Source of the DNA: Balanoglossus misakiensis
Taxonomy: Eukaryota; Animalia; Hemichordata
Length of the DNA stretch: 64,000 nucleotides
Assembly: GCA_040954595.2 (NCBI GenBank)
Contig: CM082590.2
Span: 5,580,001-5,644,000, forward strand
Direction: 5' to 3'
The notes below the pieces were generated by a model, which saw only the letters and a list, made by a program, of their open reading frames with translations, ran no database searches and had not been told where the DNA came from. This document shows, piece after piece, positions 13,201 to 25,200 of the stretch (position 1 is the first letter of the stretch; every line of letters begins with the position of its first letter). The position numbers and the translations under genes were made by a program.

Positions 13201-16200
13201 ACACCATTGGCAGCTTATTATGGGTCAGTCAGTGTTTGCCTGTTGATCTCTCTATGTGTGTGTGCGTCTGTCTGTATATGTAATCCGATGTAGACTTCTT
13301 CTGTGTCATCCCTAAATGGGACCACCGTGTCCTTGACATGATTTTTAGGTCCCATTGGTATAGGCCTATATACCATGGGACCTTATGGGATGGGTTGCGT
13401 CTGTATGTATGGATGGATGTATGTATGGATGTATGGATGTATGTCTGTATGTCCGTCCACATCAAAAACTTGAAAACCGCTGCGCGTATCACGTCAATAT
13501 TTGGTGTGTAGGTGCAGGCTGGGCTGTAGATAGGAGTTTGTCCAAACGAAGTTGCCAGGCCCAAAAATATGCAAATTAGCTTGTAAAATGTGAAATTGAT
13601 CAAAACTCTGTAAGTCAACAATTACTGGTCAGATTGCTTTGAAAATTGGTATGTATGTACCTTATGTCAACCTCACACCGACCTGTAAGTGTTAAGTTGA
13701 TATCATGGATGTTTTATTTTTTATGAATTTTTTATTAAATTTATACCTTTACTTATACCTCTATGGTTAAGCTATGTCCACACCTTATTGTGGAATTCTG
13801 GTCTGTGCAATAGTCCTGAACAGTGACTGTCTATTGGTCAGTGAGCACAATCGGGCCAAAATAAAAGGCAAATTTTTGGGCTCACCTGTAACACCTGCTT
13901 AACACATTAATTATGTGCATACCTAATTCCGGGCTAACTAATAGGGCTAGAGGTTTCGTTCTTGTGGGACATGGACCAGTATAGGGTCAAAATTTCTTGC
14001 CCAAATTTTGGGTGACCTCAGGTGACCTTTGACCTACTTTCCTATATCTCGGCATCCAGAGCAGGTACAGACTTGGCGTTTGGAAGGTTGGGACTAAAAT
14101 TGAAAAGCCAAAATATGGGTCACCTGTGACACCTGCATATCTCATTAATTATGTGCATAACTAATTCCAGTCTAACCAATAGGGCTATAGGTTTGGTTTT
14201 TGTTGAACATGGACCAGTATAGGGTCAAAATTTCTTGCCCAAATTTTGCATGACCTCAGGTGACCTTTGACCTACTTTTCCATATCTTGGCATCCAGAGC
14301 AGGTACAGACTTGGCGTTTGGAGGATTGGCACTAAAATTGAAAAGCTCAAATTGGGGGTCACCTGTGACACCTGCATATATCATTAATTATGTGCATACC
14401 TAATTCCAGGCTAACCAATAAGGCTATAGGTTTGGTTTTTATTGAACATGGACCAGTATAAGGTCAAAATTTCTTGCCCAAATTTTGCATGACCTCAGGT
14501 GACCTTTGACCTACTTTATCATATCTTGGCATCCAGAGCAGGTACAGACTTCGCGTTTGGAGGGTTGGGACTAAAATTGAAAAGCCAAAATTGGGGGTCA
14601 CCTGTGACACCTGCATATCTCATTAATTATGTGCATACCTAATTACAGGCTAACCAATAGGGCTATAGGTTTGGTTTTTGTGGAACATGGACCAGTATAG
14701 GGTCAAAATTTCTTGCCCAAATTGTGCATGACCTCAGGTGACATTTGACCTAATTTTCCATATCTTGGCTTCCAGAGCAGATATGCTTATTGCTATGTTG
14801 CTATGTGCTATGTCCTCAAATGGGACCACAGTGTCCTTGACGCTATTTTTTATAGAGTGACTGAAGCTCATTGTGATGAAAATCCTAGAGCTTCTTCATC
14901 AAGCAGTTGACTCACATTCCAAGTATCAGATTAATGATGTCATTTTTATTCCAACTTTAAACGTCTTCATTCCAGTATGGTTGGACATCATTGCATGAAG
15001 CGTCGAAGACAGGTCAATTGGATGCTGTCAGGGTGTTGATTAGCCATGGTGCAGATGTCAATGCGAAGACTAAGGTATGTGAACTGACTCATTAATTCAC
15101 AGGGGTTTCACTTAAACATGAAGTAGAGGGCCATAGTTGCAAAGTAGGGGGCCAATCATGCGGGGGCCGGAAACATGTTGACCTTTGCCCCCCCCCCCCC
15201 CCCCCCCATTCATTCTACACACAAACACATACACACAAACTCATTTGAGTGTTTCAACCTTTTATTACAGCACTAGTTATGTATCATGTTACAATACAGT
15301 CTTCAATCAAATTTAAAATCACTATCTGGGTCTGAGTCCTCTGATAACCCTAAAGCACTTGACACTTCTGTAACTTCATGTTGTATGGAAACACTTTCCT
15401 CCTCAGTCTCAACCTCAATATCAACCTGCACTGAAGCATCAGCATAAATGGCCCCACCTGGAGCCCCATCAGAGTCACTGTCTACACATGATGATGGTAC
15501 ATGCACCTGTACTTTTGTGCGGTATCTTCTACATTTGGCTTGTTCCCACTGTTCTACAGCTGGAGATATTATCTGTTCTGCCTCAGCACTGGCAACTGGG
15601 GGACATGCATTATAGATTCTAACATTTCACTTGACAGTCTACTTCTCAATCTAGTTTTGACATTCTTCAAAGTGCTTGCACCCCTTTCAGGCCAAGCATT
15701 ACTCACAGGAACACAGAGTGCAGCTTCAGCTATTTTAGTTATCTCTGGGAAAAATGGGGTTAAGCTGTCACATCTCACTAACTCAGTCAAGAGCCACTGA
15801 GTTGGTGTAACAGTGTCTTTACATTCCTCAACATCAGTAGACATTATTTGCCTTCATGTAATCTACATAGTAGTATTTAAGTTGTGTAAACTCTTTCACT
15901 AATTTCTTTTACAGCAACTTCCTCATTGTGGTAAAAGTGATCAGCAAGTACTTTGATATGTGCTTCCCCATATGAACTAAAAGTTGCATTTTCTTTACTT
16001 GGCATACTTAATGGGTCAAAGACAGACAGTGCAGTGAGCACTGGAGATGACTCAGCAAACCTACTATCTATATTCTCTATGAGAGCACCAATGTACTTTC
16101 TCATCAGACTTTCAAGATCAAGCTTGCCGCTGCCCTGGAAACATAGCTCAGAAGATATATTTGTGAATGAGTCAATATCAGACACAAACTTATTTATTGG

Positions 16201-19200
16201 CACATTATCACTGAGAATCTGTTTCAGTTTATCTTCAGTTGCTGAAACCATGCTTGCAATGAGGGAGAAGTTAACTTGATCTCTTTGAAACACAAGAGAC
16301 AGCTCTGACAAAATGGACAATACAGACTGCAATATATACAATGTGCCAACAAATTTAACCGACTTTATTTTCTTTAGCAGGCCACATACAAGTGCATCAT
16401 CTTCAAAGTCATTCAGAGTAAGGAGCAATGCCTCCAAATCCCTCAGAGTTGCCTCTACAGCTAGATTGAAACTCAACCACCTGGTGTTGCAAGCTTTTTT
16501 AAGTCTGTGCATGACAATTTTCTGACTCTTGTCAGAGGTTAACTTTATTTTTGCAAGCCTTTCTTGTATTTTCAGGTATGCTGCTAACCTCTTTGGGGAA
16601 TTTTCAAAGAACTGCCAAAGCTGCCGAATTATTGTGGACACATCCTTCACATACTTTATGTTTGTATTACTGTCAGTACAAGCCAATGCCAACCTGTGGC
16701 AAACACAATGCACACTAATGATCAAATTATTGTCAGACTTAAATTTGCTTGCAACACCACTTCTACTGGCAACCATGACAGCAGCCCCATCTGTTGACAA
16801 CCCCTTACAGCTTTTCACTGACAGATCATTAGATTCTATTTCTTTTTTCAGAATATTGCATTATGGATAGCGTGGCTAGATAAATGAATAATTTTAAAAA
16901 ATGCCTTTTAAAAAGACCTAATTACAACACTATTTTATTTTCATCCAAAATTACTTTGCATAATCCAAATTCAATGGGAAAAAACAAGCTAATCCCTGAA
17001 CAAGAAGAGGGAAAATCCAAAAATTATTACCCGTACTGATTTAGTTTTACTGACCATGATAGCCTTTGGATCCAGCCATAGGAAGGACAGTAGGACACAT
17101 TGTACTCAAAATTTAACTCTCTTTACAATTTGGCCAGAGAAGTTGACACAGTTTGTGCCCGAATGAATAAATATGTTCCAGAAAGTAAATTGTTATGGAT
17201 TTTTTTTTGTGTTTTGTGTTTTCAAGCCATCTCTGAAATTTTGCTGTTTTAATGTTCCAGATCCCTCCCACCCTGAATATCAAATGGTCCACCCCTAACT
17301 AAGCTATGGAGACTAAAACATCCAATTTCAAAAACTATATCACCGATCAAAGCACTTTTGATCGCTGTTAGAATCAATTGAGATTCTTCACTGTCATACT
17401 TGAATCTGTATTCACTTTAACAGTCGGCAATTTTCATTTTGTGTGTGGAAGGACTGTGGATTATCCTTTCAAATCAGTCAGTATGCCATTCTTGGTTGTT
17501 TTTGCAATATGGCTGATACTTTTGATATTTTTATTTATTTATCTGTTGGTTTATATATTGTTTGTTTGTTTACACTTCACATTACATTTTTATATTTATT
17601 TATTTGTTTGTTTTATTAAGAAACCTCACATTACATTTCAAATTTTGTGACATTGTTCTCATTCTCCTCCTTCATTACTTACAGGATGGCGACACCCCTT
17701 TGCACTCTGCAGCAAGGTCTCGCAATGAAGGCGGTGTCAGAGTGTTGTTGGATCACAAAGCTGATGTGACCACACAAAACAAGGTAAATACCAACCTGGC
17801 TTCTGCAGGTTAATTCTATTAGTATTGTGACCGCCAAAGCTTTTCCGTAATATTCAAAAGTCAGAGTCGAGTTTCCATATACGGGTCTTCGGTTTATTAT
17901 CGATAAATCGATCGAGCGATCGCCGAAAGCGACCGTACGAGACTGTACACACTAGTCGAAAGACTTCGAAAGACGAGATGTGCGCAGACCTCGATGCGAA
18001 TAGGCCAAATAGACCTCGAGAATGACCGAGACTGATTCGAATAGACCGAGCAAACCGTGGTACGAATTAATAGACCGAGTAAACCGTAAACCGTAAAAAC
18101 TGAAACATAAATACAAATACAAAATGTCAAATCGAAAGAATTACATATACGAAAATCGAGAATGATTTCAATCGAAAACAGATATGTGCAAGCAACACAG
18201 TTCGATGTACGTGACTGATGTACAAGATGCAGACAACTCGTCAAAGTCTAATTACAATAAAGTTTCACGAAATACAATTCATATCTGTAAGAATACCGAA
18301 AGATATATTACCTCGCTGGCGACTTGTAAAGCCTTGTGGTCGGGAAGTTTCAAAATACGAACGAAATATCGAAGGGTGCGAAACGAGAGACGAGGGTGTA
18401 CTTCACCGTCCCATAGCGAAGTCGAAAACACGAGGTAAAAATGTGTAGTGATATGACAATCGTAGATGGACTACTTGTAAAACTTTTGGGCGAAATATGG
18501 TTTGTCGATGTGTTCACAATGACCTTCAAAGGTACACATAAAGTCACAACATCTTTCTCTGTGAAAATTAAAAGTCTACAATATCGAAACTCGTAACAAA
18601 AAGGGAACTATTTTTATGGAGTAAGGTTTTAAAGCAACAAACTGTTCGTGCATATCCCTCATAATTAAAAATACGAAATTCCTTTGTTTTTGCATGGCTT
18701 CAGCTTGAAACATTTGTTTGTTTGTTTGTTTGTTTGTTTGTTTGTTTAGGAAACCTCTCATTACATTTCAAATTTTATGACGTTGTTCTCATGCTCCTCC
18801 TTCATTACTTACAGGATGGCGACACCCCTTTGCACTCTGCAGCAAGGTCTAACAATGAAGGCGGTCTCAGATTGTTATTGGAACACAAAGCTGATGTGAC
18901 CATACAAAACAAGGTAAATACCAACCTGGCTTCTGCAGGTTAATTCTATCAGTTTAGAAACATTTATTTGTTTGTTTATTAGTTTGTTTAGGAAATCTCA
19001 GTTTATATTTCAAATTTTATGACATTGTTCTCATGCTCCTCCTTCATTACTTACAGGATGGAAACACCCCTTTGCATGATGCAGCAGGGTCTGACAATGA
19101 AGGCTGTGTCAGATTGTTATTGGAACACAAAGCTGATGTGACCATTCAAAACAAGGTAAATACCAACCTGGCTTCTGCAGGTTAATTCTATTAGTTTAGA

Positions 19201-22200
19201 AAGATTGGTTTGTTTGTTTGTTTGTTTGTTTGTTTGTTTGTTTGTTTGTTTGTTGAAATCTCACATTACATTTCAAATTTTGTGACATTGTTCTCATGCT
19301 CCTCCTTCATTACTTACAGGATGGAGACAGCCCTTTGCATTATGCAGCAGGGTCTTACTATGAAGGCTGTGTCAGATTGTTATTGGAACACAAAGCTGAT
19401 GTGACCATACAAAACAAGGTAAATACCAACCTGGCTTCTGCAGGTTAATTCTATCAGTATAGGAATATTTGTTTGTTTGTTTGTTTGTTTGTTTGTTTGT
19501 TTGTTTAGGAAACCTCACAGAACATTTCAAATTTTATGACATTGTTCTCATGCTCCTCCTTCATTACTTACAGGATGGCGACACCCCTTTGCACTCTGCA
19601 GCAAGGTCTCGCAATGAAGGCGGTGTCAGATTGTTATTGGAACACAAAGCTGATGTGACCATACAAAACAAGGTAAATACCAACCTGGCTTCTGCAGGTT
19701 AATTCTATCAGTATAGGAATATTTGTTTGTTTGTTTGTTTGTTTGTTTGTTTGTTTGTTTGTTTGTTTAGGAAACCTCACAGAACATTTCAAATTTTATG
19801 ACATTGTTCTCATGCTCCTCCTTCATTACTTACAGTATGGAGACACCCCTTTGCACTCTGCAGCAGAGTATAACAATGAAGGCTGTGTAAGATTGTTATT
19901 GGAACACAAAGCTGATGTGACCATACAAAACAAGGTAAATACCAACCTGGCTTCTGCAGGTTAATTCTATCAGTATAGGAATATTTGTTTGTTTGTTTGT
20001 TTGTTTAGGAAACCTCACAGAACATTTCAAATGTTATGACATTGTTCTCATGCTCCTCCTCTATTACATACAGAAATACTCACCAGAACGGTGTTGACAA
20101 GAAATTAAGTTACTCACAAGGAAACTGCTTCATAATAATGGATGACCACAGACAAGTTCTGTACCTCTGATAATGATACCAGTAACTTAGGTGCTCTATG
20201 CGAGTCAAAACACAGTATTTCACTCAAACAAACACTTTCTGAACATTAATGGTCATCAAAGTCATCTCTAGTCTTTTGTCTAAATAAAGATTTCCCATCC
20301 ATGTAAATTTTCTGGTCTTATGCAGATCTTTACAAATTGATCCAAATCAGTTTTTCCCTCAAAACTGTCAAGATGAATAAAGGCACAATCTACTACCCAT
20401 ATTTTCTTTAAATTGTTCATCGTTATGAGGAAATTTATGTTGTCTGAAATTCAACATTCTGACATGGTGGACGAAATACACACAATGCATTCATTGAATT
20501 CAACTCTATCATTTAAAGCTACATTGACGTGGAGACATCCAACTCAAAAATGATATAAGCATTCTAAATTCTATTGAAAAACTAGAGGTTAATTATCAAT
20601 TCAGTGTTAACGTTGGTTGTATGTTTGGTTGAGCTGTTTATTCAGAACTTTTCTTGTTGTACCTCTTACATGATGTTGTCTGTTTTTGTTTCTTGGATAG
20701 GATGGCAACACAGCATTCCACATGGCAGCAATGGGCGATGATACTTTTGAGGATTATGGAAAAGTTGTGAAACTATTGTTGCAATATGGAGCTGATATTG
20801 ACTGCAAAAATAAGGTACAATCTTCCACTTTTATATTTTATTCCATGACACTCTAGACCTACACCATGTGTTCTGATCAACTCCCATTTTCTCAAATAGT
20901 TAATCTTCATAATCTTTGAATTTGAAATGCACAATTTTGTAAATGTCTTGAAAATGCCTGAACACTTTTAACCAAGCACTCCTAAAACAATATGTGTTTG
21001 CACAATGGTCTTCTTTCCATTGTAGTGTTTGTGGTAAATTTTGTTGAGGATACAATGTATCTATTTGCCATTGTCCTTTGAATCAAAACTACTCCCTCTA
21101 TAGGGTCAGGTGTTGTACAGGCAGGTGTTGACTCATGACGGTCGATGCCAATCCTATCTTTGAGACTTTCTATCTCCACTTTCAGTAATGTGGAGAGTAT
21201 CAGATAGGGCGATTGTCTGTCGGCCTCCAGCATCTGCCAACTCCTGTCTGTCACCTAATACAATTGATCATAAGGAGGTGCCATATAATTTGTCATTGTC
21301 CTTTGAATCAAAACTACTCCCTCTATCGGGTCAGGTGTTGTACAGGCAGGTGTTGACTCATGACGGTCGATGCCAATCCTATCTTTGAGACTTTCTATCT
21401 CCACTTTCAGTAATGTGGAGAGTATCAGATAGGGCGATTGTCTGTCGGCCTCCAGCATCTGCCAACTCCTGTCTGTCACCTAATACAATTGATCATAAGG
21501 AGGTGCCATATAATTTGTCATTGTCCTTTGAATCAAAACTATTCCCTCTATAGGGTCAGGTGTTGTACAGACAAGTGTTGACTCATGACGGTCGATGCCA
21601 ATCCTATCTTTGAGACTTTCTATCTCCACTTTCAGTAATGTGGAGAGTATCAGATAGGGTGATTGTCTGTCGGCCTCCAGCATCTGCCAACTCCTGTATG
21701 TCACCTAATACAATTGATCATAAGGAGGTGCCATATAATTTGTCATTGTCCTTTGAATCAAAACTACTCCCTCTATAGGGTCAGGTGTTGTACAGGCAGG
21801 TGTTGACTCATGACGGTCGATGCCAATCCTATCTTTGAGACTTTCTATCTCCACTTTCAGTAATGTGGAGAGTATCAGATAGGGTGATTGTCTGTCGGCC
21901 TCCAGCATCTGCCAACTCCTGTCTGTCACCTAATACAATTGATCATAAGGAGGTGCCATATAATTTGTCATTGTCCTTTGAATCAAAACTACTCCCTCTA
22001 TAGGGTCAGGTGTTGTACAGGCAGGTGTTGACTCATGACGGTCGATGCCAATCCTATCTTTGAGACTTTCTATCTCCACTTTCAGTAATGTGGAGAGTAT
22101 CAGATAGGGCGATTGTCTGTCGGCCTCCAGCATCTGCCAACTCCTGTATGTCACCTAATACAATTGATCATAAGGAGGTGCCATATAATTTGTCATTGTC

Positions 22201-25200
22201 CTTTGAATCAAAACTACTCCCTCTATAGGGTCAGGTGTTGTACAGGCAGGTGTTGACTCATGACGGTCGATGCCAATCCTATCTTTGAGACTTTCTATCT
22301 CCACTTTCAGTAATGTGGAGAGTATCAGATAGGGTGATTGTCTGTCGGCCTCCAGCATCTGCCAACTCCTGTCTGTCACCTAATACAATTGATCATAAGG
22401 AGGTGCCATATAATTTGTCATTGTCCTTTGAATCAAAACTACTCCCTCTATAGGGTCAGGTGTTGTACAGGCAGGTGTTGACTCATGACGGTCGATGCCA
22501 ATCCTATCTTTGAGACTTTCTATCTCCACTTTCAGTAATGTGGAGATTATCAGATAGGGCGATTGTCTGTCGGCCTCCAGCATCTGCCAACTCCTGTCTG
22601 TCATCTAATACAATTGATCATAAGGAGGTGCCATATAATTTGTCATTGTCCTTTGAATCAAAACTACTCCCTCTATAGGGTCAGGTGTTGTACAGGCAGG
22701 TGTTGACACATGACGGGCGATGCCAATCCTATCTTTGAGACTTTCTATCTCCACTTTCAGTAATGTGGAGAGTATCAGATAGGGCGATTGTCTGTCGGCC
22801 TCCAGCATCTGCCAACTCCTGTCTGTCACCTAATACAATTGATCATAAGGAGGTGCCATATAATTTGTCATTGTCCTTTGAATCAAAACTACTCCCTCTA
22901 TAGGGTCAGGTGTTGTACAGGCAGGTGTTGACACATGACGGTCGATGCCAATCCTATCTTTGAGACTTTCTATCTCCACTTTCAGTGATGTGGAGAGTAT
23001 CAGATAGGGCGATTGTCTGTCGGCCTCCAGCATCTGCCAACTCCTGTCTGTCATCTAATACAATTGATCATAAGGAGGTGCCATATAATTTGTCATTGTC
23101 CTTTGAATCAAAACTACTCCCTCTATAGGGTCAGGTGTTGTACAGGCAGGTGTTGACACATGACGGGCGATGCCAATCCTATCTTTGAGACTTTCTATCT
23201 CCACTTTCAGTGATGTGGAGAGTATCAGATAGAGCGATTGTCTGTCGGCCTCCAGCATCTGCCAACTCCTGTCTGTCATCTAATACAATTGATCATAAGG
23301 AGGTGCCATATAATTTGTCATTGTCCATTGAATCAAAACTACTCCCTCTATCGGGTCAGGTGTTGTACAGGCAGGTGTTGACACATGACGGGCGATGCCA
23401 ATCCTATCTTTGAGACTTTCTATCTCCACTTTCAGTGATGTGGAGAGTATCAGATAGAGCGATTGTCTGTCGGCCTCCAGCATCTGCCAACTCCTGTCTG
23501 TCACCTAATACAATTGATCATAAGGAGGTGCCATATAATTTGTCATTGTCCATTGAATCAAAACTACTCCCTCTATAGGGTCAGGTGTTGTACAGGCAGG
23601 TGTTGACACATGACGGGCGATGCCAATCCTATCTTTGAGACTTTCTATCTCCACTTTCAGTGATGTGGAGAGTATCAGATAGGGCGATTGTCTGTCGGCC
23701 TCCAGCATCTGCCAACTCCTGTCTGTCATCTAATTCAATTGATCATAAGGAGGTGCCATATTATTTGTCATTGTCCTTTGAATCAAAACTACTCCCTCTA
23801 TAGGGTCAGGTGTTGTACAGACAGGTGTTGACTCATGACGGTCGATGCCAATCCTATCTTTGAGACTTTCTATCTCCACTTTCAGTGATGTGGAGAGTAT
23901 CAGATAGGGCGATTGTCTGTCGGCCTCCAGCATCTGCCAACTCCTGTCTGTCATCTAATTCAATTGATCATAAGGAGGTGCCATATAATTTGTCATTGTC
24001 CATTGAATCAAAACTACTCCCTCTATAGGGTCAGGTGTTGTACAGGCAGGTGTTGACACATGACGGGCGATGCCAATCCTATCTTTGAGACTTTCTATCT
24101 CCACTTTCAGTGATGTGGAGAGTATCAGATAGGGCGATTGTCTGTCGGCCTCCAGCATCTGCCAACTCCTGTCTGTCATCTAATTCAATTGATCATAAGG
24201 AGGTGCCATATTATTTGTCATTGTCCTTTGAATCAAAACTACTCCCTCTATAGGGTCAGGTGTTGTACAGACAGGTGTTGACTCATGACGGTCGATGCCA
24301 ATCCTATCTTTGAGACTTTCTATCTCCACTTTCAGTGATGTGGAGAGTATCAGATAGAGCGATTGTCTGTCGGCCTCCAGCATCTGCCAACTCCTGTCTG
24401 TCACCTAATACAATTGATCATAAGGAGGTGCCATATAATTTGTCATTGTCCATTGAATCAAAACTACTCCCTCTATAGGGTCAGGTGTTGTACAGGCAGG
24501 TGTTGACACATGACGGGCGATGCCAATCCTATCTTTGAGACTTTCTATCTCCACTTTCAGTGATGTGGAGAGTATCAGATAGGGCGATTGTCTGTCGGCC
24601 TCCAGCATCTGCCAACTCCTGTCTGTCATCTAATTCAATTGATCATAAGGAGGTGCCATATTATTTGTCATTGTCCTTTGAATCAAAACTACTCCCTCTA
24701 TAGGGTCAGGTGTTGTACAGACAGGTGTTGACTCATGACGGTCGATGCCAATCCTATCTTTGAGACTTTCTATCTCCACTTTCAGTGATGTGGAGAGTAT
24801 CAGATAGGGCGATTGTCTGTCGGCCTCCAGCATCTGCCAACTCCTGTCTGTCATCTAATTCAATTGATCATAAGGAGGTGCCATATTATTTGTCATTGTC
24901 CTTTGAATCAAAACTACTCCCTCTATAGGGTCAGGTGTTGTACAGGCAGGTGTTGACTCATGACGGTCGATGCCAATCCTATCTTTGAGACTTTCTATCT
25001 CCACTTTCAGTGATGTGGAGAGTATCAGATAGGGCGATTGTCTGTCGGCCTCCAGCATCTGCCAACTCCTGTCTGTCATCTAATTCAATTGATCATAAGG
25101 AGGTGCCATATTATTTGTCATTGTCCTTTGAATCAAAACTACTCCCTCTATAGGGTCAGGTGTTGTACAGACAGGTGTTGACTCATGACGGTCGATGCCA

